The notes beneath the pieces are model-generated. The model made no database searches. It saw only the letters and a list, made by a program, of their open reading frames with translations, and was not told the DNA's origin. Below are positions 37,289 to 49,238 of a DNA stretch of 64,000 nucleotides, in pieces (the stretch's first letter is position 1; each line of letters begins with the position of its first letter). Position numbers and translations under genes: made by a program. Source of the stretch: Schmidtea nova (taxonomy: Eukaryota); the NCBI GenBank assembly GCA_044892505.1, contig CM097882.1, positions 279,992,001 to 280,056,000 on the forward strand. The letters are read 5' to 3'.

Positions 37289-37539
37289 TTGAATTCATTT
37301 ATTTAATATTGATTCATTACTTGAGTAATGTATAACTTTTTATACAGAGTAAGCTACTGTTACTTAACTTAATATAAAGATATTTGGATAATGACTTGAG
37401 TAAATATTTTCATTTAAAGGCTACCTAAGCTAGCTGCGGTCGGTTGGGTTTCAGTAAACTTGTAAGGGGGGTACAGGGGGGGGCACGGATGTTTCTATGC
37501 ACGCCCATGGGCTATATAGTGCTATATAGTGAGCCATGG
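37289..37539 (-). repeat. Right ITR, truncated and rearranged within the hairpin
   Basis: Reverse complement of the left inner region and stem (few mismatches), then GCACGCCCATGGGC-TATATAGTGC-TATATAGTGAGCCATGG, broken at 37539. Confidence 0.92.
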
Positions 37540-37800
37540 TTGCAATTACAAAATAATAAAACAAAACAATTATTATCAATTCAATTATTAGCACAATAAA
37601 CGCTTTAACAGTACAACTATACCAGATTACTTTAGCTTTTATCTACAGAAATCTTCGGAGGAACTGAGTTTCTACAGTCCTCTAACTCAATTTCAATGTC
37701 TGTACAGTGTTTGCTTCAAAGGTTAAAAATAATAATATCGGATTCAGAAATTGGATCCTTTCGAGGTATGTGTAAGGCCAATAAACGAATACAAGGTTGA

Positions 37801-37990
37801 TAATAATAATATCGGATTCTGAAATTTTATTCGTATTCTGAAATCTGATTCGGATTCCGAATTTGGATTCTCTCGATATATTTGTAGAGGTGATAAATGA
37901 ATACCAAATTAATGATAATAATATCGGATTCTGAAATTTTATTCGTATTCTGAAATCTGATTCGGATTCCGAATTTGGATTCTTTCGATA
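37801..37990. repeat. Tandem duplication of about 115 bp
   Basis: ATAATATCGGATTCTGAAATTTTATTCGTATTCTGAAATCTGATTCGGATTCCGAATTTGGATTC occurs twice. Confidence 0.85.
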
Positions 37991-38090
37991 TATTTTTAGG
38001 TCCAGTAAACGTATAAAAGTTAATTATAATACTTATAACCGAATTATTTTCAGGTAATTAATTTTTAAATTCTAAATCAATTTTTTTAAT

Positions 38091-38119
38091 GCTTACTATA
38101 GTTTATTACTATAGTAAGC
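38091..38119. repeat. Short hairpin sharing the GCTTRCTATAG/CTATAGTAAGC core
   Basis: GCTTACTATAG-tttatta-CTATAGTAAGC. Confidence 0.8.
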
Positions 38120-38466
38120 TGTTGGATTGAATTTAAAATTTAAAATTTTTAATAATTCAAAATAATAGTAAAAAATGGTAATAATAATAATAGAAGTAAT
38201 CCCCTAACACAATGCGCCTAATTAATGATAAAAGGGGGGGTTCCGGTATACACAATACCAAACACAATAAAAATAATAAAAGACCATGCCAATTATTCCT
38301 ATACACAACAATATATATGTGTGTGTGTGTAGTGTTCAGGAATGAATGGAAATGGTTGTTATTCTTATTATTATGGATGGTATTTTAGTACAAACCCCCC
38401 CCCCCAATCATTTGTATGTATTGTAATTTTTATTATAATTATAATTTTGTTTATGGTGATTTAAAT

Positions 38467-38523
38467 TGTAAATTTGAATTTGGCTTGCTATAGCAAATTG
38501 CTATAGTAAGCCAAATTACAAAT
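38467..38523. repeat. 57-nt hairpin element, copy 2
   Basis: Identical to 30390-30446. About 60 bp downstream of a C11 tract (38395-38405). Confidence 0.9.
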
Positions 38524-39120
38524 AAAAAAGTTATTGATCGAATTTATGAAATTTGATTGTTAAGAAAATATTTATACCCAAAAGAAAATCAACTAAATTG
38601 GATTCAGAATACAGAGAAATTAAAAGAAAATAACTGAAGAGAAGATTACTGTAACTGAATCTAATTAGAAAGTGATATTATCTTAACAGACGTTAATTAA
38701 AAAGGAAGATTATTGCAACTGAATTTAATTAAAAAGAATACGATCCAGATTAGAAAACTCGAATTTAATTATAAAGAAAACGATCCAGAATAAAACTCGA
38801 ATTTAATTATAAAGAAAACAATTTTTAACCCTTCTAACAATCTAACACGTGAGTACGTGTTTATAAAGTTTTTTTGAAGTTATTATTGTTTCTTAATAAT
38901 AAAAGTTTTTATTACTGTTGTCGGTTCATTTGTTGTTAGCATTCACAAATAAGCACGCACCAGACACACAAGAATATAAACATACACCCCGAGTGTCTCC
39001 ACACAGTTTTCGGAAGACTCTCTCGAGCTCTATAACTTCTCCCACACAACATCATTCTATCACACAATACACATCCATCCTCGACATCAAATTAAACAGA
39101 AAACCATTACAAAAGTAAAC

Positions 39121-39123
<3 letters not shown>

Positions 39124-39193
<70 letters not shown>
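39124..39193. repeat. (TA)n microsatellite
   Basis: Direct reading. Confidence 0.97.
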
Positions 39194-39196
<3 letters not shown>

Positions 39197-42100
39197 GTTA
39201 AAAATGAGTTATGAACCGATCAATTTATTTAACTCCAGACCCGGGAAGAGTCAGAGAGGAAGGATAGCGTCTCAGAAAGTTTAAAACTATTCGACAGTTA
39301 CCTTTTCATAGCAATGTCTCTAAAGCAGAACATACCTGTAGAGCTTGCTCGTGAGATATTCGTCGAAAATGCGGAAACTTAACCTAACCGGAGAGATACC
39401 TCGATTCAGCATCCACAGAGACAATCCCGACCACAGTCTGGTTCGGTGGACCGGAGTGGCCAATAGACGTAGAAGAGACGTATCCGGTCGACGTTCCCAA
39501 GTATTTTGTCGAGACCCCAAGCGAAATCGCGAGTCTCGATGTCATTTAATATGTGGGAACGATAATTGCCGATGAATTCAGAAGGATAGGTCGTGAAATT
39601 TACGATTGCGACATGGACAAACCAATTCCTGACTCTCCCGCAAGCCCGACCGGTTCTGATATATACAACTAACAATCTGATCTATCGTTATAATTATGTC
39701 ATAAGCGTAGTAAATAAATGTATTAATCTTATTTTGTTATGAGTTCATTAAATATCAAGTATAACTGTAAAAGATTTTAACCGAATTGACTCGAGAATAA
39801 GGAAGCGATAAAACATACGTCGTGGAAATTAACTATTATTAATCTAGAAGAGAAACTAAGAATATGAAAGCCGATATGATGGATACCCAACTCATAGGGA
39901 CATTAAAGAGAAGGATTGCAGAGCTGGAAAGCACCTATTTTTCGCCAGCTAGTATAAAAGTGCAGTTAAATAAGCTAACACGAGTCCGGGGAGCATACGA
40001 CGACCTCAAATTGGAATTTGAAGCCGTTCGGATAGAATAGAGGAAATGTAGGAGATACATTACTGAAAAGTTCGTAAAAGAAAGATAGTGAGCTTGATCC
40101 GACCATTAATTCTGTCTGAGTGGTATCCAGAGGCCACGGCAATTGAACACTCCGAGACAGAGGTAAGCAAACCACCACTGAAGAAAGAGAGGAAGAGAAT
40201 TAGTTCTCAAAAACGGCGGAAACGGAAGAGACAGAGGATGGAAGAAGAGAATAAACGACTAGTGTCTGAAGACCTGAAATAAGTGATGGATAATTATAAA
40301 TATGTGTATTTATCTCGCGTTGAGTTTTTCATTGATAGTTTAGCTGATGTTAGTAGTAATGTAAGATAGTAATAACACCGAAAATACTTCGACAACACTA
40401 AAAATAACCATAGATTATTTACACACATAATTAGTGACCAGCGACAAGGGTGAGACGGGAATTAAGCACAGCCTTCTATCGGCCACTAGGGAACCCGCAA
40501 GAATGATTGAGTTGGGAGTAGTTCTTTTAAAGGAGCTCACCTGCCGATTCACATTCGCCTGCTATGTACAACACCAACGTAAATAGATTGGGTATTTACG
40601 AGTACATAGGCAGTAAGATTTTTGTGTTGCGTAACAACCCTAGATGAATAAATTAAACAAACTAGAAAATATAAAAAGATTAGGAATGCTTCCACTACGT
40701 AACGCCAACACTTAGAATATTTCATTATGATTTTGTTGTTTTGTGTATGTTTTATTTATTTATTATTGTTTTTTGTCTTATTAGCTACCGAATTTAATGA
40801 AAAATTGTATGTCATGAATATATAGAAAACGCTCGTGCATATTGACAATATAATTTATTATCGTGCCCTAAACTAATATCCTTGCTTACACATATTAACT
40901 CTATCATAGGTCATTATCATACACAGCAGCCATCAACATCTTGCAGGCTTCTTGTATTTTTTCGGAAACATAATAAACTTTTTTACATATATTTAATACT
41001 TAGTAAATTCAAAAAATGTGATCGTCATTTGACGGGCTTTATTTAGCTAGTAATGAATTAGTAATTTATATTAATTTAATTAATTAAATTTCACATGAAA
41101 AATTTTATAAAAAATATTTTATGTAATCAATTAATAACACTATCTTTCTTATTTTTATGTAATCAGTTTTAAACTATGATGAACAGTAACAATATATAAA
41201 AATAACGAACTAACCATGAGTATCTACCACTAACGCATTTACGAAATAATATCTGCAATTAGCTATTTCCAAAAGCACTACTGTGATTTTTTCACCTGAG
41301 AATCAATTCCAGAATCCATTGCATAGGCCAACTTGCTCAAATTAATATCATTATTACTGGTTTATACTTATTATCATCTTTGGTGTGTTTAACAAAATCA
41401 GAAAATATCGCTTTTGGAAATAATTTCACTTTTAAATAAATAACCTAAATTATTTTAAAAATTAAATACATTATTCAGATATATAAGGTATTATCTAAGG
41501 TATTGTTGCATTTATCTATGATCGAATTATATTTAAATATATTTGCAAATATATAATTAAATAATTAAAAATATACATATACTTTAATAGCAACTAGTTG
41601 GTCACATTCAAAAGCTTTTAGGTTTTAAGACACTTACGCATTACTGAATAATCATGATATTGAATTGAAAATTGCCATAAACACAAATGCTTCTATTTTA
41701 ATGTTTTGTTTTTAAATTCATTAGTTGTTCAAAATTGAATTCGAATCTTTCAATTTAAACAATTTTAATAATTTTCATTTTGGCAATTTGTAATTTAACA
41801 GAAGTTAGAATCTGCAATTTAAATTTCACTTTGCATTAAATATCATGATTAAATTAAATTGTATTTTAAAAAGCAGAGTTTTAAAATTTTAGAACAAATT
41901 AGAAATTAACAAAGGTTAATAAAGACTATAATATTTTGATTTATATTGTTACATCACACATGGAACGAAAGTTAGTATCTCTAAATTACAAAATCAATGA
42001 TTATAATAATATCTAAATTTATTTATCTTATTAAGTATCATTTATATAATGGTTTTAGAAAAAAATAGTTTTAGGTAATGAACAAGGTGGTGGATTGTCA

Positions 42101-43635
42101 ACGGTATCTAACCTTGAATTTCTGTGGTTACAAGTTTTTTATTAACTTTTCCATTGTTATCCTATGAGATATACTCGTGAACGCGTGACTGGACACATTC
42201 ACATTTGTTGGTGTATGGGTTGTTAAAAATGTTGGGCCGAGGAAATCGAACATAAATTTTGTTTGAATTTATCAAAAATTAAATACATACAAAAGGGAAC
42301 AAGATTAAGAAACGCACGATAAAACATTACGCAGTAAGATAAAGCAAATCAAACTAAAACAGTAAAGTAAAATAGTAATCATACGAAACGCATTCTATAA
42401 GTTGGTGGAGATAGGGCTTTAATGATAGAAAAGAGGCATCTCAAAAGAGAGCCCACAATTTAAGTGGAGGTTGCATTTACATATGAAGGACCGCATGAGA
42501 ATCGAATGGGGAAGATTATTGCTTGTAGAAAAATAAAGAAACGCATGATCAAAGAATAAAATTGATATCAGAATAAAGAAAATAATTTATTAGAAATTAT
42601 AGAAAAAATCTCTATTGAAATATCGGAAAATAACAGAGATAGAGTAAAAATTAAATTAAATTTGATTGTTTTAATCAATCAATTAATGTACAAAAACAAT
42701 GGATACACACATAATTTAACGGAATTAAAAACAAATATTTTAGAAAATAAATAAAGTGAATTATAAAATTAAATTTGCAAAAAATAAATAAAACTCACTT
42801 ATTAAAAATTAATAAGTAAATTTAATTGTTAAAATAATTATTTAAATAATAACATATGTGAGCGTCAGTAAATATAGTATAAATAGACGCTAAAAATCAC
42901 AATTGAGTTCTAGTTAATTAGTTTGTTAGAGGTAACATTAATTTTTCAATTAATTTCGTTTTGGTCAGCCAGTCGTGTGGATGAGTATGTTTTATTTTGT
43001 TTGTATTGAGAATTTGTAATGTTCATTGATAATTTGAATTAGATTTTTGATTTGGTTATGTTTATTCATAGTTTGTTGTTATTTTGTTTAATTGTAAGTT
43101 TTTATGACATTTAATAAATATTTTGAATTGAAATTTCATATTCTGTTTTTTGGATAAACCGTCATAACATCCGGGGGAAAATTTATAAGATTAAGTCCTT
43201 GGGGTCTCACAACCCATATGGCGGAAATAGGTCTCTCGTCCTAACCCCTTTGGGTGTCAGGAAATGCGGCGACTTTGAACCAAATCTGGGCGGAAGAACA
43301 AGGGATTACAAATGAGTATTCATCATTTTGGTGAATTATTTTTGCATGAATATAAGTAGTAAGAAACGTTTTAGGAATTGATATATAACTTTTTGAGAAT
43401 GAATAAAGTTAGATATTTAATAGCCGGTGGTAATAGATAATTAAGATTTAATAAAAGGGATAGAAATGAAAAGTAATCAGATGCGTAAGTCCTTCTATTG
43501 GTAGCAAGAACCCAAAAGATAGAATATAGTGAGGAGTAGTTTCGGCAACAGAGCTCACCTGCTTACTAGATTTTCGCCATCGTGTACAGTACCAATATAC
43601 TTACTTTGGGGAATAACTATGAGTACCCGAGTGTG

Positions 43636-44094
43636 AGTAGTTAGTTAGTGGCTCCCCAACCCACTGGCTCCCCAACACAACCCCCCCTAGAAAAAAGTGG
43701 GTTGGGGAGCCACTATGTTTTTTCGTCGATCTTTTGTATAGGAAAATTTTCGTCGATCTTTTGTACAGGTGGGTTGGGGAGCCACTATGTTTTTGGGTCG
43801 ATCTTTTGTATAGGAAATTTTTGTCAATCTTTTGAATAGGATTTTCTACTCCGAAATTTTTTTCTCGGGCAAAAAGGGACTCTGAAATTTTGTACAGTGA
43901 TTTTTGATCTGGTATTTTTGAATAGGATTTTTGTTCTGGTTATTTTGAATAGAGAATTTTATGTCGGTCTTTTGTATAGGAAAATTTTTGTCGATCTTTT
44001 GTATAGGATCCTTTTTGTCAGTCGAGGCATATGGCTAGAGAAACTCATCGATAAAGTATAAAAACGAGATATTAACCTGGAGTTTTATTTTCCT
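43636..44094 (+). repeat. Polinton left TIR
   Basis: Inverted match to 56310-56821. Contains GGGTTGGGGAGCCAC and about 27-bp GTCGATCTTTTGTATAGGAAAATTTT subrepeats. Confidence 0.93.
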
Positions 44095-45518
44095 TTTTAA
44101 GCACAGGCTCGTTGTGGGTCAGTTTGTTTTGGAACCAACCTACGCAGATGCTTCTCTCGTTTTTCCCACCAAGGATTAGCAGGAGTTACAAACTCTTTAT
44201 CGGAGTCTTTCCCCAAAAGCCAACATGCGTTTTACTGCTTTATTAGCAATTGGTTTGCCTGCACACTTTACTCAAAGTATACATAGGTAGCAATCCCTAG
44301 AGATTACTCAGTGCCTCATCACCTTTGGACCATCTATCACCTTTACTTACACTTGGTAAACTTCCTCTCTTTGTACTCGAGTCAGCTTATTAGTGTCGAA
44401 GTGATAGATTAATGCTAAATCGAATCATAGTGGCGAGCCACAAAATCAACGACCAACATTCAACTTGCACGACAGATCAACGGATTCTTTAGAGGACAAA
44501 AGATACTTGTGGTATCCGGCTCCCCCCTGCGCTGCCCCCACCACAGGTACGTTATTAAGGCAATCGTATTACCGGCCGCGTTGACGCATGTAAACCCACT
44601 CAGCAAGCCGAGTGGTGCAGTTTGTCTTTTTATAACTGGTGGTCCTACTCCCACACTGTCTTTACAACTTAACACAAACCAGCTCCGAATATCTTGCTTT
44701 CGCTTTCATTTAAACGGTGAGACTGGCACTAAGCTGCGCTGCCATTGGTTATGATAAGTAGTCATAACTCATGTAGTCCTATTCAGCAATCTGAATAGCG
44801 TAGTTTGTCTTTTTGTAGCTGGTGGTTCTACTCCCACGCTGCCGGACAAGCATCGTACTCATCCTCATACAAACACTAATACTCTATTAAACTCGAGGCT
44901 TTGATAATGTCTTGCCTGAATCTTCAAGAGATTTATATACATGTTTGCGTCCAGTTTTCCCGGTTCATTATTATTATAAAAATAAAATAAAATAAAGTTA
45001 AAAGGATACGATTGTTCTTGCAGAGAAGATCGAATAGGCCTAAAGAATACTCAAAGTAGATGAACTTACCACAGGATCTTCTCGAATGCACGACTTGGAC
45101 CTAACTAGCGGGATTTATACTAAGGGAGTTCCACCCATTCTTGCACCCTCAGCCGATCGTGCACCCACCCTTTGAGCGAAAGAATGATCCTCTACGGACT
45201 GTCGGGAGCATTCTTCGCAGCTTCTTACTGTTGTCCCTGCAATGGGTCTCGGAAGCGGCCCCAAATCCACGAGTGAAACCTACAAAGAAATCTTTCCTTC
45301 TAAATATTTTGTAAGTAATTAATTTAATTAGATCTGCCCCCTATTTTATAATCAAGCAAACATACAGACAAACAATCAGACAACCAGAGACTAAATAAAA
45401 ACAAATAAACAATAAAATAAGAAACGAAATGTGAGGTTAGTATATAAAGTATATGGTTATTTTAATAATAAAGATAATATTATAAAACAATACTGTTATT
45501 ATATAAACATACAAACTA

Positions 45519-48500
45519 TTAGTGCCAATTCCTCCAAGCGCAATACATTCTCGCCGTCCAATTTAGTACTTTCAGAGATATGAGCATGGCATCTGACTGC
45601 GTGACACCGAATTTCTGTACGGTGTCCCATGAATCCTCGGCCCAGATACCCTGCCAGTTCAGCGTTAACGCACCGAACTCTACCGTATCTGCCCCCTGCT
45701 CAAGGACCCAGTCACGTATCTCAATCTCATCATATACCTTGGACTTTGATATATTTCGTTCTCTCAGATCTGACTTGTCACTAACAATTTGTACATCCAC
45801 GACCATAGCACGGCGGTCCTTGATAATTACTAAATCCGGTTTCCGTATAGTCTCTTTATACGGTATAACCGGTTCCACAAGGGTCTTCCACCCCTTCTTC
45901 TTCGCGATGTCAGCTGTAAAAAGCATCACTTTATTGTGTCGTTCCACTCGCATCCCATGCGAAGCAGTGCACTTTTGTGATATGTGGCTAAGACTGCAGG
46001 GTAACCCACAGCCCGCCTTACATATAGATGATGAAGTGGCGGAGCCGCCATTCATACGACTAAGTCGCGTCGGGGTACTAAAAAGGTTTCCACGAACTTT
46101 GACACTGTTAACGAAGGATCTACCTGTCATCAACTTAGTCCGGGCCTTAAGCCAGTTATGAACAAAAGGCACCTCGTCGCTTCCACACAGACCCTTCCCA
46201 TCTAGCTTTGTATACAACAAGTCTCGCATCGACTCGTAATAGGTATGTTTTTCGTACGCCAGGGAGTCACCAGTTTTAATATGCTTACTCCATTTGGCTA
46301 ACAAGTTTCTGACGACATCCTGCTCCACTAATCCGCGAATCCTTCCATCACTGCTATCGGCAAGCCTCTTCAATCTAGTTATCTTCGCAAACTTCACCTC
46401 AGCTTAGAGAGTAGGTACCCCCATTCCTCCATCTTTAACTTTGGAGTGAATGTATGAAAAGCACGTATCTTTGGGTAGATGTAGCCATTTACGAACAAGC
46501 ATCCGGGTTATCTTGTCCAGTTCATAAAGCTCCAAGTCATCAGTTTCGCCTAAAATTGCTTCGTGCAAAATGCCCGGTATAAGGAAGTTAGTTAAGACTT
46601 CCAGTTTTTGTTGTGGTTTAATAGGGGAGATAGTAATATTGTTAATGCGTTCTGTATATATTTTAGTTAAGTTATTTTTCATTTTACCCAGCGGACCAAA
46701 ATAAATGCCTAAATATTTATAAAAATCATTTGATAACAAAATGGGAAATTCCTCTTCACCATCGGCCACTCGCTCCGGAGTTATTATCCAACTGTCACTC
46801 TTCCCGTCTCTTTTGGCTACAATGGACGCCCACTTTGCAGCATTCACTGAAAGACCATTTTCACCAAGTTCTCGAAGAACAGAAGAAAGAATGTCTTGGA
46901 GTCCTTCTTTGGTCTCAGCTAGCAGGATTATATCATCAGCGTAGGCCATAATGGGATAGGTATTTCCATTCATCTTGTATCCGAGTTGGGTTTTGTAGGC
47001 TTTCTCAATCGCCAACTCAATAATATTATTAAAAAGTGCGGGTGAAAGCGGGTCCCCTTGCTTTACACCTCTTTTGAACGTAGCTGGCGTTCCATCTACA
47101 ATAGTCTCGGCGTCAGTATAGCTATTTTCTATATAATTTAATAGTAGTTTGGGGTAATGGGCTATTTTTGCCGCTCTTAAAATACTTTCATGATTGACAG
47201 AGTCAAAAGCTTTCTTCATATCAATGAAAGCCAGGGCAATATTCTTTTTATTTTTACGTGCATCAGAGAGGATAGAGTCTAGTAAAATAGTATTCTCTAA
47301 ACATCCATCGATGGGCTTAAACCCTTTTTGGGCTGAAAAACTTTTATCATAGTTTAGGGTTCGCTGAGCGAGAATTTTATTTAAAACTCTAGTTATAACT
47401 GAATTTATTGAAATAAGCCGATAATCACTTGGACTTTTTTGATTTTCGGTCTTTGGTATTAGCGTTGTTCTGGAGCTCTTTAGAACCGGAGGAAGATAAC
47501 CTAGATAAATAACCAAATTAAATAACTTTACCAATACAGACGTCGGGATCGTCCTTAGTGTTGCAGTAGTAATGCCATCAGGACCACAGGCAGTCTTCAG
47601 GTCTATTTCCTTAACTGAATTCAGAACCTCTGAATCGGTTATAGGTAAGACCATATTACTCTCCTCAGTTACAGTCTCTACAGCTCTTGTATCAGCATCT
47701 GATTCCCTTTCGAAAACCCCACGCCAATACTCACCCAGACCCGTAACTGGTTCGATACCACTCACCAAAGAATCGACCTTCCCCCCGAGTATCACTTTGG
47801 CTGCCTCACTTCTGTCTTTTTTGAATAGTTCTTGGAGAGCTCCATATGTTTTTCTTCGGAACTCTTTCTTCAGATGCTTCTTCGCATCCTTGGACGGCTT
47901 GACTAGTGGGCTAACCTTACTACGGGGTGGCTTTCCTTTGGGACGATGGCTAAAGGTTATATCATTACAATATATCTCTAGACATCTTCTTTTTTCATCA
48001 GACGCAGAAGGACCGTGGATAATATAGTCAAGGTCGCGCTCTTGACAATCATCAATACCTTCCTTCTTTGGTAGTGCGGAGAGGTATTTAATGATTGCTT
48101 CTTTGTCCGATTCATCGTGGGCGAACTGAACCTGCTGCTTGTTTTGCGATATGCAAATATTGTCGTCAGGGTTTTCCCTTAACACTTGTAATATTTTGCA
48201 ATACCTAACCGTTTTCAAGTGTGCTCTAATGGACTCCTTGGAGCGATCAGCACTAACGGTCCCTAATTTGTACATCAAAACTCCCCTATTACACTCGAGT
48301 CTCTCACATGCCATATGCACCTTAGCCATGCGGACCTTCTCCTCAACAGTCCAAATTGCGTTACGCGAGTTGATTTTATTTTTATTTATTTTATTTATCT
48401 TAGCGGCATCGTGTTTATCACGATGTTTATTACTGGTGTGTACCTCCTTCCCAATTTTAGTCGGAAAAATCGCTTCACAAAAATCACAAGCGAAAGTGTC

Positions 48501-48545
48501 GGCGGCTTCCTCTCCCTTCGTTATTGATTTTTTATTAGGTTTCAT
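45519..48545 (-). mobile_element. R2-clade non-LTR retrotransposon ORF (about 1008 aa) with one in-frame stop
   Basis: One C2H2 finger (CDFC...H....H) and a Myb domain (RNAIWTVEEK). RT motifs include QKGF...GC, AFIDMKKAFDSV, GVKQGDPLSP and YADD. TAA at 46404-46406 stays in frame with the C-terminal CxxC..HxxxxC, RHN, KPDL, VVDV and K..Y restriction-like endonuclease. Confidence 0.92.
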
Positions 48546-49021
48546 TTTTCATGGATTTGTTTTTAAGGGAGTGTTTTACAGTAGGACACCCTCCCTTGGT
48601 AATGTCTCACCGTCCTAAAATTAACCTACATAGATACCTTACCTAGTTCTTTAGTGGTGGTGGTCGTATATGATCTTATTCTTAAACATTATTATTATTT
48701 TCCTAGCATGAAAGCCCACATACAATCAGTAGTTTGTTGTATGTGGGCTTTCGTGTTAGCATGCTCCCTGTTACCAGAGCATTATTATAAAAGATATATA
48801 CAATATACAATATAACTACATATTTAAAAGTCTGTGCAAAATGCCCACATAGTACCCCTTGGGGCACTATGTGGGCAATTATACATTACAACTTTTATAC
48901 ACAAATGAGAATTTACAAATACAAATTGGTGGGGAGGACATACTGGGCCAGTCCTCTCCTTATATAGTACCAAGTTAATGACTACATATATATACTTAAA
49001 TACCTGAATACTAATTTACTT

Positions 49022-49238
49022 CAAATACCTAAAATACCTCAAATACCTAAAATACCTAAAATACCTAAAATACCTAAAATCCCTAAAATCCCTAAAATCC
49101 CTAAAATCCCTAAAATCCCTAAAATCCCTAAAATCCCTAAAATACCTAAAATACCTAAAATACCTAAAATACCTAAAATACCTAAAATACCTAAAATACC
49201 TAAAATACCTAAAATACCTAAAATACCTAAAATACCTA
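49022..49238. repeat. 9-bp tandem repeat (AAAATACCT, with an internal AAAATCCCT block), about 24 copies
   Basis: Direct reading. Confidence 0.95.

Larger units (their letters stand above)
31724..37539. mobile_element. Endogenous linear ssDNA virus (about 5.8 kb) with hairpin ITRs, NS1-type helicase, parvovirus-like capsid, orphan ORF and CRESS-type Rep (PEVE-like)
   Basis: Inverted terminal repeats with Y-shaped hairpins enclose four to five densely packed ORFs carrying recognisable ssDNA-virus motifs. See the individual features. Confidence 0.9.

Noticed and set aside
46291-46300. CATTTGGCTA, the reverse complement of the start of the 28S R2 target flank
   Set aside because: It lies inside the R2 coding sequence and the match is only 10 nt.
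45580-48618. Several plus-strand ORFs of 60-190 aa
   Set aside because: They lie antisense to the R2 ORF, have no motifs and are expected shadows.
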